Positions 18,550 through 29,384 of a stretch of 64,000 bases of DNA are shown here, in pieces; positions within the stretch are counted from its first letter, which is position 1, and every line of letters starts with the position of its first letter. This DNA comes from an uncultured Actinomycetes bacterium. GTDB lineage: Bacteria; Actinomycetota; UBA4738; HRBIN12. The notes beneath the pieces are model-generated. The model was not told the DNA's origin and did not search any database. It was given only the letters and a program-made list of their open reading frames with translations. Where the stretch lies: assembly GCA_963728735.1 (NCBI GenBank), contig CAVSLX010000009.1:11190-75189 (forward strand), given 5' to 3'. A program made the position numbers and the translations under genes.

Positions 18550-19647
18550 ATGGAGCAGGTTGCGCGCGTCGTGCTGGCGCTCGAAGCGGCGGAGGTTGCC
18601 GAGGAGGTCATGCACTTCCTCGACCGCTCGGGCCGCGCTCGCGTCGTCGGTACCGCGGCGGACCGGCGGCAGCTCGCCGAGGCCGTTCGACAGCTCGAGC
18701 CCGACGCGATCGTGGCCGAGCCGGTGCTCGCCTTCGGCGCGGTCGACCACGGAACCCTCCTCGCGCTCGCGACGCGCGAATCGGTCGCGTCGCTCCGCGC
18801 AGCGGTTCGCGCCGGCGCGCGCGGGTTCTACGTGTGGCCGGGAGAACGCGAGGGCCTGCTCGACGGCGTGGCCGCCACGCTCGACGTGCGTCCGCGCACC
18901 GAGCGGTCCGCGGTCGTGGTGGCGGTGCACGGCGCGCGTGGCGGGGTCGGCACGACGTTCGTCGCGTCGCACCTCGCCGCGGCGCTCGCTCGGCGAGGCC
19001 TCGCCGGGGTGCTCGTTGACGGCGATCCGGCGTACGGGGACCTGTCGGCGGCCCTCGGTGCACCCGACGACGCCCGCACGATCGCCGAGCTCGCACCGGT
19101 CGGCGCGGAGATGACGTGGGCCCACGTCTCCGAGGTGGCCTGGCGGCACGAGGCCGGCGGCTTCTCGATCGTGCTCGCACCACGCGCAGACGCCGCCGAG
19201 GAGGTGCCGGCCGATCTTGTGCCGCGGGTCGTCGATGCGGCCGCGACCGGATGCGACGTCGTGATCGTGCAGCTTCCGCGGGCGCTCGATGCCCCGACAC
19301 GGACGTGCCTGGCGTCGGCCGACCGCGTGCTCGAAGTGCTCTCGCTCGACGTGTTGTCGTTCCGCGCGGCGACCCGCGCCCGTGAGGCGTTCTCGCCGCT
19401 CGCCCTCGAGGGCCGTGTGGGGTTCGTCGTGAACCGCGCCGCGCGGAACGAGATCACGCCGGGGGACGTCCGCAGGGTGTTCGGGGTCGATCCGCTCGCG
19501 GTGCTGCCACGTGACGGCGCCGTGCCGCGCGCGCAGGACCACGGGCGGCTCCTGCCGGCGCGCGGACGCATGGCTCGGCTGTTCGACCGGCTCGCGGAAC
19601 GGGTGGTCACGCCGGACGAGATCGCGGACGAGGAGCGCGCCTCGTGA
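18550..19647 (+). CDS. CpaE/TadZ (Ssd-like) MinD-type protein with receiver-like N-terminus
   Basis: GARGGVGTT deviant P-loop, LVDGDPAYGD, VVNR; first gene of the Tad operon. Confidence 0.85.
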   Translation: MEQVARVVLALEAAEVAEEVMHFLDRSGRARVVGTAADRRQLAEAVRQLEPDAIVAEPVLAFGAVDHGTLLALATRESVASLRAAVRAGARGFYVWPGEREGLLDGVAATLDVRPRTERSAVVVAVHGARGGVGTTFVASHLAAALARRGLAGVLVDGDPAYGDLSAALGAPDDARTIAELAPVGAEMTWAHVSEVAWRHEAGGFSIVLAPRADAAEEVPADLVPRVVDAAATGCDVVIVQLPRALDAPTRTCLASADRVLEVLSLDVLSFRAATRAREAFSPLALEGRVGFVVNRAARNEITPGDVRRVFGVDPLAVLPRDGAVPRAQDHGRLLPARGRMARLFDRLAERVVTPDEIADEERAS

Positions 19648-20911
19648 ACGCTGAGGCGCTGACGCTGGTTCGTCGCGAGCTGCGGGAGCAGCTCCGCCAG
19701 CGGGTGGACGCCCGCGGGCTGGCGACGGCTCCGCGGACCGAACGGCGGCTCCGTGTTCGCGAGGAGGCGATGGCGGTGCTCCGCGAGCGTGGCGCGATCC
19801 TGCCGCAACGCGAGCTCGCGCGCGTGGTGGATGAAGTCTCCGACGAGGTCGTCGGGTTCGGACCGATCGAGTTCCTGCTTCAGGAGCCCGAGGTGACCGA
19901 AGTGATGGTGAACGGACCCGACGACGTGTTCGTGGAGCGAGAGGGGCGGATCGAAAGGGTGCAGCGTCGGCTATTCGAGGGGGAGGAGTCGGTGCTGCAC
20001 CTGATCGAACGCATCGTGGGACCTTTGGGCCTGCGGGTCGATGGATCGTCACCTTGGGTGGACGCTCGACTGCCGTCAGGTTCGCGGGTCCACGCGATCG
20101 TTCCGCCTCTCTCGCTCCGCGGTCCCGTGCTCACGATCCGCAAGTTCTCGCCGGTGCCGATCACGGCGGCCGACCTCCTGTCGACCGGGTGCATCGGACC
20201 GCGCATGTTGGCGTTCCTCGCCGCGTGCGTGCGAGGACGCGTGAACCTCGTGGTCTCGGGCGGCGCCGGCTCCGGCAAGACGACCCTGCTGGGCGTCGCT
20301 GGCGTCGTTCATCGCCGATGAGGAACGGCTGGTGACGATCGAGGACGCGGCCGAGCTCCGGCTCGGCAAGCAGCACGTCGTCTGCGCTCGAAGCCCGGCC
20401 TGCGAACGTCGAGGGTCGGGGCGAGGTCACCGTGCGAGATCTCGTTCGCAACGCCCTGCGGATGCGGCCCGATCGGATCATCGTCGGCGAGGTCCGTGGC
20501 GGCGAGGCGCTCGACATGCTCCAGGCGATGAACACGGGCCACGAAGGCTCGTTGTCGACGGCACACGCCAACAGTCCCAGGCACATGCTCTGGCGACTCG
20601 AAACGATGGCGATGATGTCCGATGTCGACCTACCGGCGGCGCACGTGCGTTCGCAGGTCGCCGCCGCGATCGACGTGATCGTGCAGCTCGCTCGACTCCG
20701 CGATGGGCGCCGGGTCGTGTGGGAGGTCGCGTGCGTCGAAGGCACCCGTCGCGGGGAACCGATCGTCGAGACGCTGTACCGGTTCCGCCAGCGCGACGGC
20801 GCCGAGGGCCGGTTCGTCGCGACCGGTGCGGTGCCGGCGGTCGCGAACGTCCTCCTCGACCGTGGGCAGTGGTTGGGTGACGGGCAATTCGCGGCGGGTG
20901 ACGACGAATGA
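19644..20911 (+). CDS. cpaF: CpaF/TadA secretion ATPase (apparent frameshifts near 20300 and 20385)
   Basis: [53 protein letters not shown] spread over three frames. Confidence 0.92.
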
Positions 20912-21723
20912 GCGGCCTCGTCGCGGCGCTGGCCGGCCTCGCGGTCCTGTTCGCGGAACGCGCCTCCCGGTCGGCGGCCCGATCCCGGATCCGGGAACGC
21001 GCGGGGGCGATCCGGCGTCCGCCCTCGCGCGCCCGGGCCGGGTCGACGGTACGGACGCTTGCGCTGCCACTCGCCGCCGCCGGGGTGGCCGTCGCGCTCG
21101 CCGGCCCGGTCATGGGTCTGCTCGTGGGGGCCGGCGTCGTCGCAGGCCGCCGGATGCGGGCTCGCCGCTTGCATCGTTCGCTTGCCGATCCGTCGTGACG
21201 AGCAGCTCGCCGACGCGATCGGCGCGATCGTGTCCGCGTTGCGCGCAGGCATGTCGCTCTCTCAGGCGCTCGACTACGCGGCGAGCGAGGTCGAGCCCCC
21301 ACTCGCCGACGAGCTGGCCGCGGCGGTCCACGACGTCGAGATGGGCGTGCCCCTCGCCGACGCCATCGAGACGTGGGCCGCGACGCGTCGGCAACGACGA
21401 CTCGCGACTCGTCGCCGCGACGATGGATCTGCACCGTCGCGTCGGCGGCGACCTGCCGGTCGTGCTCGATCAAGTGGCGGCGACGGTCCGCGAAAGGGTC
21501 GCGGTCGCGCGCGAGGTTCGCGCCCTCACGGCACAGGCGCGCCTGTCCGGCGGCATCCTCGGCGCGCTTCCGGTGGGGTTCTTCGCGTTCCTCTGGCTCA
21601 CCTCGCGCACCGAGATGCAGACGGCGCTCTCGACGCCGGCCGGGCTCGCGACCGTCGTGCTCGGGCTGACCGCTCGACGGCCTCGCGTTCCTGTGGATCC
21701 GCAAGCTCCTGGAGGTCGCGTGA
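20908..21723 (+). CDS. tadB: TadB (T2SS F family) protein, frameshifted
   Basis: [25 protein letters not shown]...[20 protein letters not shown] fragments. Confidence 0.8.
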
Positions 21724-22397
21724 CGACCCTGGCGCCGCTCGTCGCCTCCATGCTCGCCGCGCTCGGCGCCCTCGCCGCCGTGGCGGCGATCCGCGCGGCC
21801 TTCGACGCCTCGCCGGTCGTGACGCTCGCCCCGCGACGCGGACCGATGGTGACGGTCTTTCCCCGGGAGAACCACTCCCTGTCGGCCCGCGCGATACCAA
21901 CGTGGGTGCCGCTGGTCCGATCGCGTCGAGCGGCGAGGCGCCGCGCGGCGATCGACGCCGAGGTGCCGCAGCTCCTCGACCTGCTCGCGGCCGGATCGTC
22001 GGCGGGACTGTCGGCGCCGCTCGCGCTGCGGCGCGCGGCCGAAGCCTTGCAAGGCCCGCTCGGAGTGGAGCTCGCGGGTGCGTTCGCGGCGGTGGATCTC
22101 GGGACCAGGTGGCGCGACGAGCTCGCGTCGACGTGGCGGAGCGGCTCGCGTCGGCCGACCTTCGCCGGACGGTCGCGGTGCTCGACCCGGACCGAGGTGC
22201 TGGGGCTCGTCGCTCGTCGACCGCGACCCGCGACCTCGCGATCGACGTGCGCCGCGCCCGCCGCGCCGCACTCACCGAACGCGCCCGAGCGGCGCCGGTG
22301 AAGATGTTGTTCCCGCTCGTGTTCCTCGTCCTCCCCGCCTTCCTCCTCCTCACGGTGGTGCCGGTGCTTGCTCACCACCTTGCGTTCCATCGGCTGA
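21720..22397 (+). CDS. tadC: TadC (T2SS F family) protein, frameshifted
   Basis: EVPQLLDLLAAGSSAGLS, ERARAAPVKMLFPLVFLVLPAF. Confidence 0.82.
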
Positions 22398-22409
22398 GAG
22401 GAGGTGACC

Positions 22410-22660
22410 ATGTTCGCGATGCAGACCTTGTGTTTCGTGCGTGGCTCGATGCGCTCGCGTCGATCCACGCTTGCCGGCGGTCGTTCTCCGCCGTGAAGCC
22501 GACGGGAAGAAGGACAGACGACAGCGGAATACGCCCTCGTGATCCTCGCCGCGGCGGCGGTGGCGATCGTGCTGATCGCGTGGGCGAAGTCGTCGGGAAG
22601 CTCCCCGCGTTCTTCGACCAGGTGATCGATTCGGTGATCGGCGATGCCGACGCCGCGTAG
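22410..22660 (+). CDS. Flp pilin (DUF4244-like), frameshifted
   Basis: GGAGG RBS; EG|QTTAEYALVILAAAAVA Flp motif near 22508; ends FFDQVIDSVIGDADAA. Confidence 0.75.
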
Positions 22661-23057
22661 TCGCCGCGACGTTCGCACCGATCGGCGGAGCGGGGTTCCG
22701 CGGCGGTCGAGTTCGCGCTCGTGCTGCCGCTCGTCCTGATCTGGTGCTCTGGCGCTGGTGCAGGTCGGGCTGTTCGCGAGGGACCGGTTGTTGGTGGAGG
22801 CGGCGGCGCGCGCGGGGGCGCGCGCCGCCGCCGTCGCCGACGATCCCGCGGCCGCCAGGGCAGCTGCCCTGGCCGCCGCTCCCGCCCTCGTCGACGCCAA
22901 CCTCGCGTTCGAGATCTCCCGCACGGGCTCGCGTGGCGACCCGTGACGGTCCACGTCACCTACGTCGATCCCGTGCGGGTTCCCTTCGTCGCCTGGCTCG
23001 TCGGTGACGGCGTCTCGATGACGACGACGGCGACCGCAGCGGCAGGAGTTCGGGTGA
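22644..23057 (+). CDS. TadE family pseudopilin, frameshifted
   Basis: ERGSAAVEFALVLPLVL, AARAGARAAA. Confidence 0.75.
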
Positions 23058-23430
23058 GGCGAGGCCCGGCGGGGAGCGCGGCTCGGTCTCGGTGGTCGTC
23101 GCGGCGAGCGCCGCCGTCGGTGCTCGTCCTCACGATGGGCGTGGCCGACGTCGGACGGGCCCTCACCGCGCGCTCCCGCGCTCGGACGGCGGCGGATGCA
23201 GCCGCGCTCGCGGCGGCCCAGGAGCTGGCGTTGCCCTCGGGCGTCTCTGCCGAGCGAGATCGCGGCCGGATACGCGGCCGCCAACGAAGCGGAACTCCTC
23301 ATCCTGCGCCTGCGAGGCGGGGACGTTCGAGGTTCGCGTCGAGGTCCGCACCGATGTCGGCGCCTTGTTCCTTCTGCCGGGCGAGCGTTTCGTGGTGGCC
23401 CGCGCCCGCGCCGTCGTAGACCTCGGGTAG
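23054..23430 (+). CDS. TadG/Rv3654c-like pseudopilin, frameshifted
   Basis: ERGSVS..., RARTAADAAALAAA, ends ARARAVVDLG. Confidence 0.7.
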
Positions 23431-23457
23431 CGCCTTCCTGCGTATCATCGCGGCTTG

Positions 23458-23946
23458 ATGCACAAGAACGACGTCGACATCCTGATCGACTACATGTACT
23501 GGGCCAACCACCGGCTTCTCGACCACGCGGGCCGACTTCCGAGCGAAGCGTTCCTCCAGGACACAGCGGTCACGACACGGAGCTTGCGCTCCACGCTCGT
23601 CCATGAGCTCGACGTCGAGTGGAGTTGGCGACAGAACCTGCGGGGTCGCATCGGTGATGATGACGCGGAACTCGACCCGAACGACTATCCGGACGTGCCA
23701 ACTCTCCATGACCGCTGGCTCCGGGACGAAGCTGAGATGCGCTCGTGGCTCGACTCGTTGAGCGACGCCGAACTCGCCGAGAACGTCTACTCGACGTTCA
23801 CCGACGAGCGACGGCCTCTATGGATCTTCCTGTTGCACATCGTGACGCATGCGGCACAGCAGCAAGCCGATGCGGCCACGCTCCTGAGCCTGGCAGGGGA
23901 GTCACCGGGAGAGCTGACCTTTCTCGAATACCTTTCCTCACGCTGA
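23458..23946 (+). CDS. DinB family protein
   Basis: YMYWANHRLL, SLRSTLVHELDVEWSW, LLHIVTHAAQQ; TATCAT -10 element upstream. Confidence 0.88.
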   Translation: MHKNDVDILIDYMYWANHRLLDHAGRLPSEAFLQDTAVTTRSLRSTLVHELDVEWSWRQNLRGRIGDDDAELDPNDYPDVPTLHDRWLRDEAEMRSWLDSLSDAELAENVYSTFTDERRPLWIFLLHIVTHAAQQQADAATLLSLAGESPGELTFLEYLSSR

Positions 23947-23962
23947 TCCGCGCCCGGGCGGT

Positions 23963-24718
23963 TCAACGATCCGCGTGCTCCCAGACGGATACGTGGGTCC
24001 AGCTTCGCGACGGATACGGTTGCCGCTCCCAATCGGCCCAGCGTTCCCGGAGCCGGAGACCCGCCAGGCGGGCCATCAGATCCAGCTCGGACACGTAGGC
24101 GTAGCGGATCCGCACCGGGTATATGCGGACGCCCGAATCGCGGATCTTCACGTGGAAGCTGTCGGTCCGCTGGTTGAACGGGTCGTGGGTCGAGGTTTCC
24201 AGCGTGACCTCATCGACACCCACCGACTCGGTGGACACTCGCTGGTTGTGGGCGTCGAACCGAGTGACGTCCGGCACGAACGCCTGCATCGCGAAGACGC
24301 CGTCTGGCGTGAGGTGGCGAGCCACCGCTGCGAAGCAGGAGACCTGCTCGTCTTGGCTCAGGAGGCTGAAGAACGTATTGAAGACGACGTAGACGAGCGG
24401 GAACCGCGACCCGAGCGAGAAGTCAGCGAAGCTCCCGACCGTCACTGGGATACGGTCGCCTCCGGGCTTGGCTTTCAGCTTGGCGAGCATCGCCTCCGAG
24501 GCGTCGATCCCGTGCACCTCGACGCCGGCTTGTGCGAGCGGGAGCGCGATGCGGCCGGTTCCGATCCCGAGTTCGAGCGCGGGACCGTCTCCGGCCAGCT
24601 CCTTCAGGAACGACACGGCACCGGCCGTGTCCTCGGTGAACGGCCCCAAGTACTGGTCGTCATAGATCTCGGCGATCCTGTCGCCGTAGGTCGCATCCGA
24701 ATAGTCGTCGTCGGCCAT
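23963..24718 (-). CDS. Class I SAM-dependent methyltransferase
   Basis: ALELGIGTGRIALPL, LVYVVFNTFF, ELDLMARLAGL. Confidence 0.9.
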   Translation of the reverse strand: MADDDYSDATYGDRIAEIYDDQYLGPFTEDTAGAVSFLKELAGDGPALELGIGTGRIALPLAQAGVEVHGIDASEAMLAKLKAKPGGDRIPVTVGSFADFSLGSRFPLVYVVFNTFFSLLSQDEQVSCFAAVARHLTPDGVFAMQAFVPDVTRFDAHNQRVSTESVGVDEVTLETSTHDPFNQRTDSFHVKIRDSGVRIYPVRIRYAYVSELDLMARLAGLRLRERWADWERQPYPSRSWTHVSVWEHADR

Positions 24719-24832
24719 TCCAGCGAGGGAAGCACTCGGGGCGATGCGAGTCAACCGCGGTCGAGACGATCGGTCCACGTCCATCACGGCTCCGGGGGAA
24801 CGATGCATCCGTGGCCGGCGTCTCCTCTGTGG

Positions 24833-25804
24833 ATGGTGCGCGTCCTTCGAGTCTTTGCTGTCGTGGCGTTCCTGGTTGGTTCATGCACGACGTCGGCCCG
24901 CACGAGCGACCCTGCGACGTCGAGTGCGTCGCCTGCGGCGGGTCGGCTGACATGGCCCGAGGATGCGATCGTGTTTTCGACGGCGACCGGTGACGACTTG
25001 GAAGCGCGGACGAGCTTGATGGCGGTCTCGGCGGAGGGAGGCCCGCCCGTTCCGATCGACGTGTCCATCGCTCCCTCGACCTACATCGGTCAGGCCGCGT
25101 GGTCCCGCGACGGTTCTCGGATCGCTCTCGTGATCGGCAACGCTCGCCACGTCCACGCCTACGCCGGAGACGGCGATCTCTACGTCATGAACGCCGACGG
25201 CTCCCAGCTTCGGCAGCTCACTTCGGGATCCGATGCCTCATCTCCGACCTGGTCGCCGGACGGGACGCACGTCGCCTTCGTCCGGGATCAAGGGCAGGAA
25301 CTGGTCGTGATGAGCGACGAGGGGACGGACGCTCGGGTGATCGCGCGCCGCCGTGGCTACTACCAGTTGCCCGCGTGGTCACCTGACGGCCGGTGGATCG
25401 CGTTCCAGAGCATGCCGGGCGGTTCCAGCGACGAGACGATCACGCCGGCGATCTTTGTGATCCGTCCCGATGGGACCGATCTTCGGCAACTGACCGGCGC
25501 GACCACGTCGGAGGGCTTTCCGGCATGGTCCCCGGACTCCTCCATGCTCGCGTACTCCGCCGGCGAGCGTCTTTGGGTGATGAATGCCGATGGATCGAAA
25601 CCGGCCAAGGTCACGGATTGCCACCTGCCGTGCGTCGCCGACTTCGCTCCGACGTGGGCGCCCGACGGTCGAGGCATCGCGTTTCTCCGACAAGAGGAGG
25701 GCGGTGCGGCCATCCGCCTCTACGTCCTCGACGTCGGCACCGGGCACGTCACCCCAGTGACACCCGGTCAGCGCTGGATCTCCTACCCACGCTGGCGGCC
25801 GTGA
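24833..25804 (+). CDS. TolB-like PD40/WD40 beta-propeller lipoprotein
   Basis: LVGSC lipobox; repeated PxWSPDG and MNADGS motifs. Confidence 0.85.
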   Translation: MVRVLRVFAVVAFLVGSCTTSARTSDPATSSASPAAGRLTWPEDAIVFSTATGDDLEARTSLMAVSAEGGPPVPIDVSIAPSTYIGQAAWSRDGSRIALVIGNARHVHAYAGDGDLYVMNADGSQLRQLTSGSDASSPTWSPDGTHVAFVRDQGQELVVMSDEGTDARVIARRRGYYQLPAWSPDGRWIAFQSMPGGSSDETITPAIFVIRPDGTDLRQLTGATTSEGFPAWSPDSSMLAYSAGERLWVMNADGSKPAKVTDCHLPCVADFAPTWAPDGRGIAFLRQEEGGAAIRLYVLDVGTGHVTPVTPGQRWISYPRWRP

Positions 25805-25907
25805 ACCTCCTCCCGCGGGAATCAGGCGAGTCGCACTCGTGATCGACAGGGCGCGTAGGCGCTCTGTCCAGATCGCGAGAAGTTGGCGCCCGATCCGCGG
25901 TCTGGGG

Positions 25908-26183
25908 TCAGGCGTCGAACTGGCCGCCGAGCTCCGCAGCCTGGGGCTTGCCTTTGTGCCCGGCTTCTTGAAGGATCGCCGGGACCTCGGGATCGGAGAC
26001 GAAGTTCTGAAAGCCCTCAGCGTCCCAGTCGAAGAGCACCCAGACCCGGTCCTCCTCATTTGGGTCGCGAAAGACCGTCGAGCCCTTGGACCCGTGCTGC
26101 TTTCGCTTCTCAGCGCTCGTGGTAGAGAAGATCTTCAACCAGCGGTCGAAGTCTTCGACCCTCGCCGTTGTCAGCATCAACAA
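25908..26183 (-). CDS. Small hypothetical protein (ABM/cyclase-like alpha-beta barrel)
   Basis: VEDFDRWLKIF...VFRDPNEEDRVWVLFDW; AAGGG upstream. Confidence 0.7.
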   Translation of the reverse strand: MLMLTTARVEDFDRWLKIFSTTSAEKRKQHGSKGSTVFRDPNEEDRVWVLFDWDAEGFQNFVSDPEVPAILQEAGHKGKPQAAELGGQFDA

Positions 26184-26321
26184 CCCTTGCCCCCTTTGCG
26201 AGAAATGTCGTCGCGCATCTGCGACATGGCGCGCGCATCATCGCCCCCGGCAGGTCAAGGGCGCAACCCCCCCTGTCAGGCAGAGCGCGATCACCGCCTC
26301 GTGGCAGTTCGGCGGTTACGC

Positions 26322-26876
26322 CTACGACTGGCGAACGAATGGCGCGCTCGCGTAGAGCGCGATCGTGTAGAGGCGGTGCGTTTCAAGGTTCTCAGCGGTT
26401 CCCGTTTCGTTCTGGCCGACGAGCTCGAGATGCAGCGTGTCATCGGAAAGTGTCGCGTCGAATACGTATGCATCTCCCAGGTCTGGGAGCGACAGACGCA
26501 GCTGCCCTTCGGCGAAGACGTAGGTGCCGGACTCATCGACCGCAAGCGGGAAATGAGCATCGACCCTCGAATGGCTGAATTCGGGCGAGTCGAACCGAAG
26601 CTCGAACGTGAACGTCGGCGGCGACCGTTGGTCGTCGAGCCATCCCTCGACCGCCTCATCGTCGAGCCCGGCGGCCAACATCGCGGCGCGGACGTCGTCG
26701 AGCGGGACCGGCCCCGTGGACCAGACGCCGTCGAGAGGATCTGCGGCGATCGAGGTCGAGCCGCTCGCGCTCTGCGAGTGGGAGGTAGGTCCTTCCGTCC
26801 GATCCGGAGAGTCGCATGACGCAGAACCGGCTACCACGAGGACGACAAGGATCGTGCGGCGGATGGGGAAGCGCAT
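26322..26876 (-). CDS. Hypothetical lipoprotein
   Basis: MRFPIRRTILVVLVVAGSASC lipobox; DPLDGVW. Confidence 0.7.
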   Translation of the reverse strand: MRFPIRRTILVVLVVAGSASCDSPDRTEGPTSHSQSASGSTSIAADPLDGVWSTGPVPLDDVRAAMLAAGLDDEAVEGWLDDQRSPPTFTFELRFDSPEFSHSRVDAHFPLAVDESGTYVFAEGQLRLSLPDLGDAYVFDATLSDDTLHLELVGQNETGTAENLETHRLYTIALYASAPFVRQS

Positions 26877-27117
26877 GTGTCCGTACGTCATCAGGAGGTT
26901 CGACATCATGCACCCTGCTCGAGGGGTTCTGCTAGCGAGGCTGGAGCAGCCGCTGTCCCCCTTTCCGGACGATCCTGCCGATGGGGAACGGCGGAACGTG
27001 CGCGGTCGCGAGCGTCAGCCCCTCCGACTCTGCTCGGTCGAGCCACGCGGCCCGTGGCATGTTGTCCGGAGGTGGAGCCTATAGTCGTGACAAGTTCGGA
27101 CCAGTGGGAGGCAAGCG

Positions 27118-27545
27118 ATGACACCGGACTTCGATCAGGTCGTGGAGCATGGCCACGCGGCTGTCGACGAGTTCGTGCGGGGCAACAGCAAGCCGCTCGA
27201 GAGCTCTACTCGCGGCGCGACGACGTGACCCTTGGCAACCCCTTCGGCCCGTTCGTTCGGGGTTTCGACGACGTTGCCAAGACGATGGAGCGTGCCGCCA
27301 CGTACTACCGAGACGGGAAGGCGGTCGGCTTCGACGTCGTTGCCAAGGAGGTCACGCAGGATCTCGCCTTCGTGGTCGAGGTGGAGCGGTTCAGCTCCAA
27401 GATCGGCGGCAGCGAAGAGGAGACTCCGTTCTCACTCCGGGTGACGAGCATCTTCCGCAACGAGGACGGTGAGTGGAAGCTGCTCCACCGTCACGCCGAC
27501 CCGATCACCTCAGCCCGCCCGGCCAAGTCCGTGGTCCAGACCTGA
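27118..27545 (+). CDS. NTF2/SnoaL-like protein (frameshift near 27200)
   Basis: GGAGG RBS, MTPDFDQVV..., then SRRDDVTLGNPFG...LRVTSIFRNEDGEWKLLHRHADP. Confidence 0.82.
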
Positions 27546-27611
27546 CCAGATGAGGTAACCGGGGAGCCCGTGCGTTCGCCCACACTCAAGGAAAAGATCT
27601 CTGGGCGGTGT

Positions 27612-28268
27612 CTACGAAGTGAGGACGTCGTCTACGAGTGAACGCAGGTCGACGCTTGCATCAGCCCTTACCCACGCCCTGTCGTCTTCGTAGTTGAAGC
27701 CGAAATGCGCCTCCGGAGGGAGCCTCTTCGGCAGCTCGGTGATCACTCGCTGAACTTCCTCCCGCTCGATCCAGATCCTCTCGCCCATCTCGACCTCGAC
27801 CTGAGGCGGGATCGACGTGCGCGGGACGGCCACGCCTCGCGAGCGGAGCCCGTCGATGATGTCTGTCCTGCTGACGCCCAGCTGCGAAAGGAGCTGTGAC
27901 GACAGGCTGGTTGGATCCCAGATGAGTGCCATGAGGACATGCTCCGGACTGATGGGGCCGTCCCCAAGTGAAGCGGCGAATGCTTCTGCCCTCCCGGCCA
28001 TCGAGTTGTACGCGGGCGGGAACATCAGACCCCTCGATTCTGCGGACATCGGCAGCGCACGCGAAGAGATTTCGGTCGCCAGACGCCCAGCGCCTATCCC
28101 CGCGGACTCGAGCACATCCCGAGCAGGCGTGCCCTCCGCGAGCTCGGCAACGGCGAGGAGGAAGAGGTCGTCACTCGCGACGGGATAACCCATGCGCCGC
28201 GCATGCTCTGACACACCTCGAAAGATCTCCCTAGGTATGTGTTCTCCGCGGCCGGTCGGGGACCCCAT
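27612..28268 (-). CDS. Clp protease N-terminal domain-containing protein
   Basis: Two Clp-N repeats (ASDDLFLLAV; ISPEHVLMAL...LLSQLGVS), no ATPase domain. Confidence 0.75.
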   Translation of the reverse strand: MGSPTGRGEHIPREIFRGVSEHARRMGYPVASDDLFLLAVAELAEGTPARDVLESAGIGAGRLATEISSRALPMSAESRGLMFPPAYNSMAGRAEAFAASLGDGPISPEHVLMALIWDPTSLSSQLLSQLGVSRTDIIDGLRSRGVAVPRTSIPPQVEVEMGERIWIEREEVQRVITELPKRLPPEAHFGFNYEDDRAWVRADASVDLRSLVDDVLTS

Positions 28269-28477
28269 GACGCCATCCTATCTCCAGGTCTCGAGAGCCA
28301 TTGAGTACAGCGGCTACCCGAGCTGGAGCGTGTGGTCACGTTCGAGCATGGGAGGCAACGCGGCCTCGGCCCCTGGTATCCGGACGAGTGAAGCGACTCT
28401 GGGATGCGCACGTGTTCGGACATACTGAAGGTCATGACCATGCGGCTCGAGGCGTTCGGTGGCTCGCCACCGGCGAC

Positions 28478-29323
28478 GTGAACCGCGCACGGCTGCGCGA
28501 ACTGGGCTTCGAGCTCGGCGCTCGCGCCGAGGCCGGCGTGTCCGACGAGGGTGCGTGGTTCGCGACGGCGCCGGACGGCGCGCCGGTGGTGCTCAAGTGG
28601 TTCCCGGACGAGACCGTCGCCGAGCGCTACGCGGTCCTGCTCCCCGGCCTCGACGAGCTCCGATCACGCGGCGTCCCGGTGCCGGAGTACCCGCACGTCC
28701 TCGCCGTCGACGGCTGGACGCTGTCGGCGCAGCAGGTCCTGCCGGGTGCGTCGGTGCGCAACCCGTCACCGGCGATGGTGGAGCAGGTGGTCGAGTGCGT
28801 CGCCGCCATGGCCGGTGTCGCCTGTCCGCTGCCGGCGCCGGACCTGCGCCCCTGGGGTGCGTCCGTCGTGCACACGCTCACCGTCGGCGTGGACGGGTGG
28901 GCGATGCACGAGCCGCTGCGCACCGGGGGTCGACGCAGCGCGGCGGTGCTCGACCGCGTGGAGGCCGTCGGCGCCGACGCCGACCCGGCGTGGTTCCCGA
29001 CCGACGGGCTCGTGCACCTGGACCTGCACACCGACAACATCCTCGCCGGCGACGACGGCACCCTCACCGGGATCATCGACTGGGAGGGCGCGTGCGCCGG
29101 CGATCCCCGCTTCGATCTCGTCAGGTTCGCGTACGACCTCGACGGGCACGATCAACCGGTCTGGGACGTCGTCGAGGCCACCGGCATCGAGCCGCACGTG
29201 CTTCGGGCGTACGTCGCCCACCACGCGCTGCGGTGCACGTCCTGGCAGATCCACCACCACACCGATGACGTGCCCCGCCAGCTCGACCGCGCCGAGCGCG
29301 TCCTCGATCGGTACGAGGCCTAG
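28478..29323 (+). CDS. Aminoglycoside phosphotransferase (APH) family kinase
   Basis: VVLKW, LVHLDLHTDNIL, IIDWE, GDPRFDL; start uncertain. Confidence 0.85.
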   Translation: MNRARLRELGFELGARAEAGVSDEGAWFATAPDGAPVVLKWFPDETVAERYAVLLPGLDELRSRGVPVPEYPHVLAVDGWTLSAQQVLPGASVRNPSPAMVEQVVECVAAMAGVACPLPAPDLRPWGASVVHTLTVGVDGWAMHEPLRTGGRRSAAVLDRVEAVGADADPAWFPTDGLVHLDLHTDNILAGDDGTLTGIIDWEGACAGDPRFDLVRFAYDLDGHDQPVWDVVEATGIEPHVLRAYVAHHALRCTSWQIHHHTDDVPRQLDRAERVLDRYEA

Positions 29324-29384
29324 GAGACGGCGGCCGTGGCCGGACGCGCCGGGGCGCGTGACCCATGAGGACATCTGAAAGCCT

